Position numbers and translations under genes: made by a program. Positions 11,618 to 24,607 of a stretch of DNA of 64,000 nt are shown piece after piece; position 1 is the stretch's first letter; each line of letters opens with the position of its first letter. The notes beneath the pieces were generated by a model. It saw only the letters and a program-made list of their open reading frames with translations, was not told the DNA's origin and made no database searches. The DNA comes from the human T2T-CHM13v2.0 reference genome, Homo sapiens, in NCBI RefSeq assembly GCF_009914755.1, contig NC_060927.1, one strand, 5' to 3'.

Positions 11618-12716
11618 TGGATCAAAGAAAAGGGAATGCTATAAACAATATCTTTGTTATTTGAAAATACTATTTGTATTTGAATATTAATAAATTTAGA
11701 GTGGCTTAAAAATTCAATAAGCATGTTTGCTTTTTGCCAATCTACTCATTTTGAATAGAACAATTTCAAAATTAATTTTTTTTTTTTTGCTAAATCCAAG
11801 TGCTACTCGAATAATTAGCAGTAACTGGTGAAAAACTCTGAGGGAGTAAGTAATAACTAATGAAAAATGTTTGGAAAAAGGAAAAATGTTTCTATTTTAG
11901 TATGTATATATCTTAAGATACAAATTGTATTTTATTGAAAACAATGTATATGAAAAACAATCAAGTAAAAACATTCTCTTGAATTTTTAAACTTTTTTTT
12001 AACCAATGAATATACTCAAATATATGTGCTCAGACAAGAAAATAATATCAGTGAAATGATTCTAAAGAGTTTATCTGCCTCTGTCAAGTCTTCTGAATTA
12101 TCTTTATCTGTTGTGTACTCAAGTGTATTCACATATAAAATCCACTTCTAAACATGGGAAATAGGGTTTCAAAAGAGCTCACCCTTGTGTCACTGATGCC
12201 CTGTGTCTATTACTCTGACAATTTATCTGTGAATTAAAACAAAATTGCCAAGTCCAATAATGTGGTACAGACAATAAAAGGAGCTTAGATAAGAGATAAA
12301 TAAATGTGGTTCATGGCAGACATGTTGGGGTATCTATTGACAGGTATATTTCTTTTTTTCCAACGAACTCCTATTGCTTGTTGTACACATTTAATTTGCA
12401 CTCCTTTAATTTTATTCCTTTAAATTCAATGTTGCTCTTTTTGCCACTTCCACTACAGTATTGAACTACTATTAGAATGCTTTCTTTTTGATGTTGTACT
12501 GTGCTTTATTGGAAAGAAAACTGGACTTAGAACAAATCATTGGATTTGCTCTGAAGTAGAGCCCAAACACTTACCAATTATGCAAATTTATCTTTTTTGT
12601 CTATAAAATGGGAGTTATAGTTATGATGATCATAATAACAAATGTGGTGTTAAGGTGATCACTAATTGCTTTTCTGACTCAGTGAAGTGAAGGGATTTAC
12701 ACTCTAGACTCTGAAT

Positions 12717-12984
12717 CAGGAATCAGCAAACTATGTTCCAGAGGTCCACCTACTTAGCAAAACATAGGACATTGCCTGGCAAATTTGGCTCTTCACTCAT
12801 TTTTTTTCCACTCATTTTGTTTTTTAATAGGAACGCAGACATGCCTTTCATCTATGTAATGTCTATGGCTACTTTCCTGCTCTGACAGCAAAATTGAGTG
12901 GTAGTTGTGACAGGCACTGTGTGGCCCACAAAGTCTAAAGTATTTACTGCCTGGCCCTTTACGGAAACAATTTTCAAATCGCTG
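12717..12984 (-). mobile_element. MER58 (hAT-Charlie) with a ~36-bp non-MER58 insert
   Basis: caggaatcagcaaactatg..gtctatggctactttc..ggcccacaaagtctaaagtatttactgcctggccctttacgg. Confidence 0.85.
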
Positions 12985-15419
12985 ATCTAGAGAGTCACCA
13001 AATACCTGTTTTGATTTGAGAAAATGTAGGAATACTGCCTTAAAGGGATATGAGGTGGCCTTTAAAAAAAATCTTTGTGCTCTATACTAGACCTAGAAAA
13101 TCTCCAAGGACAGCCTAACCCAGCTTTCAGCTGCTGAAAGAGGTGTAACATTTATCTTTTCACTCTTGAAGTGCTACCTACGGGGCCACCGCTGGCAGAG
13201 GTCATTAGGCAAATGCAGGCTCATCTCTCCGTGATACTACATGTGAGGCATTTGCACAAATGTAGATTGTAGTAAGGCCTGAATGTAATGTATATACTTC
13301 AGTCACTTTTATGAAATTGTTCAGTCATCTGGACGTTTTTCACTGTGTTTACCAGGAAATGTGAAATAGAGAATTGAGCAATTTTCTCATCAATTTGATC
13401 AATGTAGAACAGCAACCTGGATGCCTTCAGTCTTTTTTTTAAATGCCTTTTTTTCTCTCAATTGCTACAATTTATTTATTTATTTTACTAAATTGCCTAG
13501 TTAATTACTTCAATTTTCCAATCTATCTTACCATTGAAGGCTAAGACTGTTTGAATTTTACATGTGGTTGGTACAATTGAGGTCTGTACCTAAAGTGTAA
13601 GATTTTCAGTGTAGGATTCATGTTTGTTTATCCACCTTCTTGCTTGGTCCTTTTGATCTGTAACCTAGACTGTTCAAATCTCACCTTTGAATCAATCAAG
13701 TAGATTATGGAAACACAAAAGGAAAGGAGGAGAGAGATTGGAATGAAAAACCAACAACTGACGAATTTGGAGAAATAGTGCCCTAGTGGCAAAGGAGAAG
13801 GTACTAGAAGACCATAGGTTGATGCTTTGGAAATAGTTAAGTAGGGCTTGAGGGGAAGCAGAAACAGCCAACACTTTAGAAGAAAGATCAATGAATAAGA
13901 GGAAATACTTTAAAAAGGATAAGCAGCCAATAAAGTTATATTTGAGAGTAACCAATCCGAGAAAATAAAACTGGTTCTGAATTCCAAAATTGTTGTGATT
14001 TGAAGGGGGAATCTTGAGCAGGCTTCATCCAGTCCTACCTCAATCAAGTGGGGGAAATTTTCTCATCAGACTGCTGCCTGTTCAAGAACTCTCTTATCTT
14101 CAGGGGTTGGTATCTTCCTTGTTATATAAAGAATTGCCTATGAACAGTTGGGCAGATAGGGCGAGGAGCAAACTTTCAGGACAAGTGGACATCAACAGGT
14201 AATATATTAGTCACTGTGGATTGAAGGGCTTTGGTGATATCAAAGAAATATATCTGGATGACATGATCTTACAGCCCCTGGCCATGGATGGTACTTGCTT
14301 TAGGAGAGAATACTGATTTCTTGTTCTCATACCTTCCTGTTTATATAGCCTTTCTCCTTCCTTCTTCCTTTTCTACTCATTTGTACAAACGGTTTGTACA
14401 TTTTGAAGAGTGGCTTTTGAACTTAGTAGTATAGTGTTTTTGCAGTCTTTGTTTTCTGGTTTCCCCAAGAGTGACTCATGCATTCTGAAAAAGAGGGCTT
14501 TGGGTCTGAGGAAGGAACTCTGTGGGAAGAATAATACTTTAAAATACTATAACCTGCTAAAAGTGGTTATTAGCTTTGGTGACTTAGAGTTTATTGGTGA
14601 CTTTAAACATTGAAGTTGAAGGGAGCCATACTTTAGGACCAAGATTCAAAGAGCATTCAGAAGGATTTTCTTTTTGGTTGATTAGTTGGTAAGTTATTTT
14701 TAGATAAGAAGTTATAAGTGGGTACAGAAAGGTACTGGAACATTACAGAATGATGGGGAAAATCCACACAGATCCAAGTCTCAGGCACTACAAGTTCAGG
14801 AGGCATCTTTCACAATAAAAGCTGAGAACCTATGACTAACAGAGGAGAAGGGCACTAACCAGTGTCCGATTTGGTCACGTTCTGAGGAGCAAGATGGACA
14901 GAGGTTATTGAAAGTCATAGGCTGGGAGTAGAAATAAATTCCTGCAGAGGAAGTTTTGCAAATGACTGACATGTTTCAAAAGCCCAGGCCTCTCATAAGT
15001 GACCTTTTTTAATCGTAAGAGGCTTTCAAATATTTGATGAGTAAATGCCTGAGGAAGTAGTAGTTAACTTGGATCTTGAAAAACATATAGGTTAGCATGG
15101 CAGCATAAAGGGAGTATGAGGTCATTCTAATTAAAAGGAGTTACCTGAAGTAGGATAAAAATGGTATATGTCTGGCATATTCTGAAGACTCTTAGCAAAC
15201 TGATATATTAAAATCAATCTATTCCAAAAGTTGATGTGAGATCTGACGGTCTTATTGTAGCTTTGGGTGTGTGTGTATGTGGGTGTGTGTATGCTTTCCA
15301 TTGAGTGCAAGTACATAAACTATTTACCAAGCTAGGTTATAAACTGGAAGGCTCAGCCTACATATTTTATCTAAAGAATCATAACTCCTTTAGTGTAGTT
15401 TTAACAAAATTTTTTAATT

Positions 15420-15722
15420 CTTTTTTTTTTTTTTTGAGACGGAGTCTTGCTCTGTTGCCCAGGCTGGAGTACAGTAGTGTGATCTTGGCTCACTGCAACC
15501 ACCGCCTCCTGGGTTCAAGCAATTCTCCTGCCTCAGCCTCCCGAGGAGCTGGGACTACAGGCACCCGCCGCTATGCCTGGCTAATTTTTTTTTTGTATTT
15601 TTTAGTAGAGACAGGGTTTCGCCCTGTTGCCCAGGCTGGTTTTGAACTCCTGAGCTCAGGCAGTCCGCCCACCTCGGCCTCCCAGAGTGCTAGGATTACA
15701 GGCGTGAGCCACCGCGCTGGCC
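15420..15722 (-). mobile_element. AluS-family element
   Basis: Full dimer with poly-T; 17-bp TSD aacaaaat(t/a)ttttaatt at 15403-15419 and 15723-15739. Confidence 0.97.
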
Positions 15723-15794
15723 AACAAAATATTTTAATTATTTGTTTTCTTTCACTTACCTAACTTACCTAACTGAAGACTTTCTTGGCCTAGA

Positions 15795-15917
15795 TGTGTG
15801 CAAGTTTTAATGTACTCAAGAATCACTTGAGGGTTGTTCAAATTGCAGATTCTGATTCAGAAGGTTTAGCAGAGAGACAGAGGCCTGAGATCCACATTTC
15901 TTACAAGCTCCCAGGTG

Positions 15918-15953
<36 letters not shown>

Positions 15954-15980
15954 TGGGGATTGTACTTTGAGTAGAAATTA
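15795..15980 (-). mobile_element. MER5A
   Basis: gcagattctgattcagaaggt..catttcttacaagctcccaggtgatgctg..gtactttgag. Confidence 0.85.
15921..15950. repeat. (CTG)10 / (CAG)10 perfect trinucleotide repeat
   Basis: Direct count. Confidence 0.99.
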
Positions 15981-16044
15981 CTAAATGGAAGTGGAAAGAG
16001 TTTGGTAGCAAAAAGGTGTTTAGTTTTATCATCGTAATGGCTTG

Positions 16045-16292
16045 CGTGGTTGAATTCTGGCTCTGAGACCTGTGAACTATATGATTTGGACATGTTATTT
16101 AAGCTGTTTGAGTCTCATTTCTTTATCTGGAAAATAGGGATAATGATACCACCTTCACAAGCATCATTCTAATAGATACATTTCTCCTTGGTCTATCTCA
16201 TTCACTGTTTTATCTTTGGTAGCTAGAATGCCTGGCACATCACAAATGCTTCATAAGCACTTATTGAAAGAATGAATTGAATGAATTAATGA
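16045..16292 (+). mobile_element. MIR followed by L2 3' end
   Basis: tgagtctcatttctttatctggaaaatagggataat (MIR core); gaatgcctggcacat..tgaaagaatgaattgaatgaa (L2 tail). Confidence 0.65.
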
Positions 16293-17850
16293 AAAAATAG
16301 GTTTGATTATGAATCTTACAATGTAAATAGACTATACAGCAAAGGATCTCGCCCTAAGAGACATTTTCATAAATGTTGATTGCTTCCCCATCCCCTTTGC
16401 CCTCTGAAATAAAAAGCCAAATTTAGATGCATGTTTCAAACTGCTGAAGCAACAACATATAAAACAGGTACTGTCTTTGCGATATCTCAATGAAATAACA
16501 ATTACACTTCAGATAATAGAAATTTGATCGATTGATGAGAGAGTAGTTTTCATAATGTTATTATTACATATAAATGGATAAGGGCAAATTAGGCAATCAC
16601 GTCTCATACATTGATCATCTAAATATATACATATGTCTTATCTGTTGCTGGAGCACTGAAAGGGAAGCCACTGTAAGAAAACACGAACCTTTTTAGAATT
16701 CTTTGGATTCAGAAGACACTGGAACCAGTTACATAGCTGATATTGAGAATAAAATTTGATAAGCCTGGATTACCTACTCATAGACTCCCTACTTTCTCCA
16801 AATGTCTAAATTTGAGTTTAGCAACCTTGGTCCTTTCAAAGTGCAACAGCCCTGGAATATCAAAAGTTAAACTAGTATGCTTTAATAAGTATTGTTAGCT
16901 GGTTTATAGTGAGGAAAGAGATTAGGCTACTAAACTAAAATACCAGCTATGGGTCAGGAACTGAAGTAGATAGTGGAGGGATGGGGTGAGGAAGGCAGAG
17001 CCAGTTTTCACCCTCATGAACCTTATTCTCAAGAGCAGAGCAGGGAGACCCAGGAAAACAGGAAGAGACCAACAGCTGTGTTGTTTGATTGGCTTTCAGA
17101 ATTGTGTTCCCTGAGATGAGTTTTCCTTTGTTGGTTAAATGGGCTTAAGACCATTTCTGGTGGGGTTTTTGCTGTTCTATTAACTGCTGTATCATCAGCA
17201 CTTATAACAGTGAAGATTATATGGTAGGTTTTCAATAAACATTTGTTTAATGATGAAAAACTTTGCAGGAAAGTACTCTTAGTAAATTCATGTTAACGAT
17301 GACTGAGAACTTACAGTTCTGTGCACACCCAGAACAAATATATATTATCATTTCTGCCTTATATGTAAACAATGTGTAGGTTTTAGCCATAATTAATTTA
17401 TTAATTAAGGTTAAAAAAAGAAACACCCCTAAACTATGAAACTATCTTTTTGCTAAGGCACTTGAATAGGAGCAGCAAAAAATTAACAAAAAATACTGCT
17501 ACTGACAGTTCTCCATATTGAGAATTTTCTTCTTGACTTAGTACTTTTAATTTTTATAGTAGCTGCCACTGCCATTAGTGGCAGTTATATTTTTTGTGTT
17601 TATTGAAGTTGACAGTAGATTGAGTTTGTGTATTTATTTTGTTCCTAAAGCTGATTATTATTAAGTGTATTTTTTAAAGCATGGTTTGCTCTTCTATAAA
17701 CCTTCTGGGGACACCACCACTCTCACTTTCTTAAGTACAGGATTATCAACAATGTTGCTACTTACTAGTTTGGTCTAGTCCTTATGCCATAGAGCATTCA
17801 TTGCCCAAAGCAGGAGGTACCATAAGGTCAATAAAAAACATGGCTGGTCT

Positions 17851-17876
17851 AAAAAAAAAAAAAAAAAAAAAAAAAA
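17851..17876 (+). repeat. (A)26 homopolymer
   Basis: Direct count. Confidence 0.98.
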
Positions 17877-17969
17877 GGAAGGCAGATATGCAGTTTGTAA
17901 GCCATGTGACTAGTAGATCTCTATAATTATGATTACAATTAAGATCATTTTAATAGGGAAGTAAAGAAG

Positions 17970-18342
17970 TGATATGGTTTGGCTGTGTCCCCACTCAAAT
18001 CTCATCTTGAATTATAGTTCTCTTAATCCCCACAGGACATGGGAGGGACCAGGTAGAGATAATTGAATTATGGGGACAGTTTTCCCCATGCTGTTCTCGT
18101 GATAGTGAGTAAGTTCTCACGAGATCTGATAGTTTTATAAGGGGCTTTTCCCCCACTTCGCTCTGCACTTCTTGCTGCTGCCATGTGAAGAAGGCTGTGT
18201 TTGCTTCCCCTTCCGCCATGATTATAAGTTTCCTGAGGCCTCCCAAGCCCTGCAGAATTGTGAATCTATTAAACCTCTTTCCTTTATAAATCACCCAGTC
18301 TCGGGTATATCGTTATCAGCAGCGTGAGAATGGACTAATAAA
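17970..18342 (+). mobile_element. THE1 (THE1C/D-like) solo LTR
   Basis: tgatatggtttggctgtgtcccc..ggactaata; exact 5-bp TSD agaag at 17965-17969 and 18343-18347. Confidence 0.95.
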
Positions 18343-21300
18343 AGAAGGTTTCATCTTACAGTGTAGTAGTGAAGGCTCTTATTTTGGGCTCACCTCTGGC
18401 TGGTAGGGAATTAGTATCCACACAAGCAGGTCAGGCTTATTAAATCTTAAGCAAGACACCTTGGGCAATTCCTGCAGTTATGATGATGAGTGAGCCCATG
18501 AAATTTCTGGGTAATCAGGTAGATGGGATGGCCCACTAATTCCAAACACAGCCAACCATACTGAGATTAGGAGTAGTACTTACACATATAAACCACATCA
18601 ATTGTAGTATTGTCACTTTGTGTGTGTTTTTTACATAACTGGGATAAATGTTTAAAAATGGTAGAGGAGGAGAGGGATAAAACAAAAAACAGTCAAAACA
18701 AGTATTTTTTTGTCCTGGAGTGATAGTTATATAGTAATATTGTCCCAAGAAGTCAGTTTTTTCTCATTAGGAAAAGTGAAGGTGAGAAATAACTGCCCTT
18801 ACCATTTAATAAGTGAGGCAAGTGTGAGCAGAAATGACACACAGAGTTTTATAAAAAATTAATGTGTGGCCCTGAGTGATGGGATCTGTATCTGGGAGGC
18901 AAAGGGTGGAGACTAAAGGGGCCAAGTAGACCCAAATGGAGAAAGTGACCTTGAGAGTAGGTGCAAAATAAAACAGAACAACAACAACAACAAAAAAAAC
19001 CATGGGCATGAAACCAGTATGAAGGAGAAGAGACATTCCCCTAGGCAAATGGAGCCTATCTCCCTGTAATGTTCAAATATGTAAAATACAAAGATGAAAG
19101 GGAGGAGGTAAAAGGAGAAAGAGAGTCCTCTGCTTCAACTAGCCATGCGTCTGTTATTGGGCAAGGCATATGATCTCCTGGAATTCAGAGTCATTTTCTA
19201 TTAAGTGAGGTAAAAGGACTATAATGAGTGATTTTTATATTGTCCTGTGTAGATTTTAGGGATGCTAGAAAGGGGCCTTCTCAAGGAGTAGGTTTGGTTC
19301 CAAAGTGGTTGAAAACCAATGATCCTAGGATGATCTCTGGATCTAACAAATTAGCATTTTTTTACTTTTATCATCTCTTTAATAGGGAAGGATTGATGAT
19401 GAAATACAAAATAACACTTCCATTTTATGCTTCTAATTAACTGAAAAACTTATTGTACTTGCTTAGTAATCTGTATGTAGTTAATTTGATGATTTGCAAT
19501 TAACATTGTGTTTCCAAAGTCTTTTTACTCTTATACATGTCTTGATTGGAATAGAAGTCCCTGAATTTATTTTTACTCATTGAACCACTAAGTTCCTGTA
19601 ACAAATGTCCAGGATAAAATACAAATTGGACTAAGGTCCTGAAAAATTGTTACACAGGTTATGTCTTCAATAAGTTACCTGTTATATATAAATGATCCTA
19701 ATTAAGGCAGGCTACGAGCTCAGTGCTGGCATTAGACTTTATTTGTTTGGGTAATATTTTCACTTTGCTCTCTTATCTCCAGCAATGTAAAGATAGTTTA
19801 ATAGATCAGCACTCATAAAGAGGTGCCAACATATCAGAGGCTTATGGACAAAATGATATGAATCCTCATAGTGGCACTTTATGAGAAAAGGAGAAGGTAA
19901 TAAGATAGGAAGGGCTAAATAGAAGAGAAAACAGGGCAGGGTGATGGTAGAAGAGACAATTAATTCCTTCTGAGCTGATTTTAGGATGTATCAATGACTA
20001 TACCCTAATGAGAAAGGATACAGAGAAAGAGGAATCTATATGGCAGGCAAAAATAAGATATGGATCAAAAACTCTCTTCTATATGTTCATAATGCTGACT
20101 CACAGGATCAAAGACTTTCTGAATGTTGAATTGGCCTTCTGGGTACAATGAAGGACACAGTATAAACCTCATCCCAACTCATTCATGATGAAGAGTGCGT
20201 TTTTAGAAAAATTTTCAGATCATGAGGCAGAAAAATGACCAGAATAGTCTAATTTAATTCCTATTATTTTATTTTTGCCAATGTTATTTGAGTAGAAAAC
20301 TGCTTTAAAAAATCTTGTAGGAAACAGCTTATTTTTGATTTATGGCTCACTATTTTGGAAAACTGTTTGGTATATAGATACTGCTGGACCTTTTCCTCTT
20401 AAAATACCTGACAATATTCAGGAAACAAATAAATAAGTTAACGGACAAACATAATTACTTTATGAAGTATATTCTGATAAGCAGCTGCCACCAGACAGAA
20501 AGATCCACTATAAAGGCTTGCTTTGCTCCTCGATCCCTCAGCACCTTGAATTTGCAATAGCTGCATCTCATTATCCTATCTCTGTTACTTTCAGGATAGG
20601 TTTGCATTGATAGCATTCTGAAAAATGTCAGTAACTATCTCGAATAATGTGTTACTTCCTCCATATTAAAAAAAATGCCAAAAGCACTTATTGAATTGTT
20701 TTCATCTGGTCGGTAATGAAGATTGGTATTTAACCTGTTTTTATGCCCATAAATAGTTAATCCCATTATCGTAAACAAAATGAGGCTGATAGCCTTATTT
20801 ATAGAAATATATTTTAAAAGAGGAAACAGTTGGGGCTGGAGAACACTTTCTCAAGCTTTTAAATGCAATTAATAGATTCTCAACTTGGAAAGCTAGAATG
20901 AAAATTTTCTCTTCTAAATGTAGGTTGAACACATTATTTTGTGCATTATTATCTGTATAGGAACAATGATAAGATCAATATATTTTGGTGCCGAAGGGTT
21001 CCTCCTAATCATGTACCTTCTCTGACTCATTCAGCTAAGTATTTTGAAAACCCCAAATCTTATTCCAGAGTAATTTGTCAGCCATATGTCAAAAAAAAAA
21101 AATGTGTAAGCTGTCGAAATTATCACCCATGGAGATACTTTTAAACCCTAAAGAAAATAAACAGATACAGTTATAAATGACATGGTCACCTCTTTATTCT
21201 GTTTTTTCCCTTCACTTTTTTTTCTACTGTTATCAATAAGGTAAGTTACACTTCTGTGACTTCCTAGTCTTCCAACAATTTAAAAGAGTCTTAGAATTAT

Positions 21301-21449
21301 TTTTGGCATTTTAGGGCTTAATACACCTGACTAATGATGTCTTTTATAACACAGGAGTTATTTTGCTGCTTGAGATCTCTAATGTACTTAAAATTGATAG
21401 AAATAACTAATCTACTTGGGGTGACAAGTTAGAGTGTATAGTGTATTAA

Positions 21450-21784
<335 letters not shown>

Positions 21785-23230
21785 TCAAATTTTCTTTTCA
21801 AAACATGCAAAGATTTTATTTTCCATCACAGAATAAAGAATTTACAGTTGGGTTCCCTGGACTGAATTTTCACCTCTTGGAATGTATGTATTAGTATCTT
21901 GTATTGGGTGCATTTCACAGTGTAACTGTCTTCTTTTCAGCATCAACGCTCAATGAGAATGATGAGGTCAACCATCACAGCTGTAAACAGCCTGATTCTA
22001 TGAATTGGAAACTTCCATCAAAAGTCTATAACACTGATTCATAGCTTATTTTTTCACCCTCGCTCCAGTTATTTAATTTATCTTACCATTACCATAAATG
22101 TTTCTGGCCTTATCATTGAAGACTTTTGTCCTCTTAACTGTAGCATTTGTTTCATTACTTTTCCTGTCCTACTTTAATTTCCAGAAAATTGCATAGATTT
22201 CTTTCCTGTGATTTTTTCCCCACTCACCCTAACCTCCTAGAATGCTGCCTGCTAGTCTTCCTGAATCCAACCTTCCCTTCATTCTCATCCTTTGTCTGAA
22301 GCCTTCTCTGACAAGTTTGGAGACCACTTTGACTATATCATCAACTGAACTAAAGAAGGTATTTTCAGGATTCATAGAGTATTGTCTTGTCATATTTCTC
22401 TATGTTTATATCTCGTGTATAGTCTAGATTCCTGAGCTCCTTAAAGGTGACTTCACTACCATAGTTTGTGTATATCTTCCTCAAACAGTACATATAGTTG
22501 CATATAGTAGTTGAAGCAGTTAGGCAAATTGAAAATTAATAATTTAAATCGATCTCCTTGCCTTTATATTAGTCTGATACCCTAAATCAGAAGATTGTAA
22601 GCCTATTGAGGGAAGTTCCTATTCAACTTTCATTCTCCAGCACCTTGAGCCTATCATACGGTAAGCATCTAACATTGTCTGTTGAGTTGAACTGAATCAT
22701 CTCTAGTAACTGGATATAGCATACTTGTTTTAAAGACGTTTGGAAAAGAAGAGATATGACATAGCATTCCTTGATAACTTGGCTTCTTATCATTCTTTGT
22801 ATTTAAGTTAAGTTACCCTAGCTGAGCCTGACAATGAGATAGCTTCTATTTTGGCTTAGTCAAAATTTTGGATATTGATGATGATTTGACTGAAATCACT
22901 ACCTCTGATGAAAGTTATGTTATTCATGTATGCAGCCTTCCAATTTTATTTTAAATATGTTAAAATTTAAAAAAATTATCCCAGGATATTTTAAATTATA
23001 AGATTGGAACATATCCACTGAGAGTTTTAAGCATAGCTTTTAGTACTGGAGGTTTAAATGTATTACGTAGGTACCTTTCCAAATTTCTCATTCTAAATCT
23101 CAGCTTTATCTAAAGAATGTTGAAATCACAAGGAGAAAATGAATAAAAGTGAAGTCATTGCCCTTTGACCGATCAGCCTGCCAACACCTCTATTTTGTCT
23201 GTGGTAACTGGTTGTTATACAGCCTCAGTT

Positions 23231-23248
23231 GGCCCCCTCTGGTGGCAG
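23231..23248 (-). promoter_or_regulatory. Candidate CTCF binding motif
   Basis: Reverse complement CTGCCACCAGAGGGGGCC is close to core CCASYAGRKGGCRS. Confidence 0.55.
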
Positions 23249-24478
23249 TTCCCTGATCTACCACCTAAAGCCCTTCTGGTGTATGGTTTTGGTGTATGGT
23301 TAAAGCCCTTTTGGTGTATGGTTAATGACCTATGAACAAGCTGTCTAGACATAGCATTAAAAGTCATAAAATGCCATCTTCATTTGCTCTGTTATCAGCA
23401 GGGACATTCCAAAAGTCCGTGTGAAAAAAAATCCACCAACAGAAAACCAACACTGAAATTTCCAGATGACTAGATTTTAATTTTCATTTTCTGAAATATA
23501 GATATAAACACTGAGATAAAATATACTGGTATTAAAATGTCCTCAAAAAAGCAGAGGCTAGGAAAGCTAGAATACACAAAATGCCTTTCTTCCACCCCTA
23601 GTAGTAGTTTCAACAGTCTCCATAACCTAAAGCACTAAAGGCCCTTCCCCTGTACCTCAGACCTTAGAAATTTGTTGGACATAGTATAGAGCCTGGATTT
23701 TACACTCAAGTAAATATGCTCTGTGTGTTCCCAAAAAGACCAATATTTATATATCAAGCTCACCAAGTTAAATTTACTTTCCCACATTAAGCCTGCATGA
23801 TGAATGGCTTTATCTTGCTTATTACAGCCTGTTAAATCATAAATCCCTAGGAAGGAGAAAGAGGAAAAAAATAACTTGAATGAAAAAAGCCTCTGAGGGA
23901 CAAACCATTACTTTTTAAGGTAGTTATACTGCATCACATTTGCTAACAATAATATGTAAAATACATTGGAAACCTATTTGCTCTTATTTTCTTTCCATTT
24001 TAATTTCTGTTGTTAACAACAACAAAAAAAGGAATATCTGACTAACCTGATATTTCCATTTCCTTATTTTGTTACATACATAATATAGTGTTCCTTGAAC
24101 CTATTTTATTTATATTCTCATTTGTTAGGTGAATAAAAGAATGCATGAATAAACATGAGTATTAAAGCATTTTCATATCCTGGTTGGAATGTCCATTCCA
24201 CTTACTGAAATTTTAGCCCCCATTTCTGTTTTAAGAAAATTCTCTATTTCTCAGAGAGGCTTTCTCTTGTCTTTGGTTGGAGGTTTTCTTTCCTTCTACC
24301 ACACTTTGTATTTTGCTTGGATTACTATTTTAATCTGCTTTGTATCAAAGGCATTTAAGTAATGTTCATAACGGTAAAGTATTGTGTTCAATTCTCAACT
24401 ACACACTTAGTGCTTTTGTGTTTCTTTCTTTATATTCCACAAAGTAGAGCATAGGGCATTAGGAAGGTAGGGTAGTGT

Positions 24479-24607
24479 CAGGGTGACCCTATAATTTACT
24501 GCCCAAATCGGACACTTTTGAGATAGAAGGGAGTGGTGTTAGTCATTATGCTGGACAATAGGCAAAGTCCGGACCCTCCTGGGAAAGCCAGATGTATGGG
24601 ATCCCTA
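24479..24607. mobile_element. MER94-like (hAT-Blackjack) MITE
   Basis: agggtgaccctataattt..ggacacttttgag..atgtatgggatcccta TIRs, ~130 bp. Confidence 0.75.

Noticed and set aside
13768-13792. CTCF-like gtgccctagtggc (also 13183-13198 and 17570-17586)
   Set aside because: Each lacks 1-2 core positions or has wrong spacing.
14382-14400. 9-bp palindrome tgtacaaac-g-gtttgtaca
   Set aside because: Too short to exceed chance expectation.
15305-15763. 152-aa ORF
   Set aside because: Antisense Alu translation ([26 protein letters not shown]), a common artefact; the same applies to 21450-21671 and 62998-63228.
16989-17886. aggaaggcaga as TSD of a ~0.9-kb retrocopy ending at the A26 tract
   Set aside because: 11-bp purine-rich match is plausible by chance and the interval has no ORF or mRNA character.
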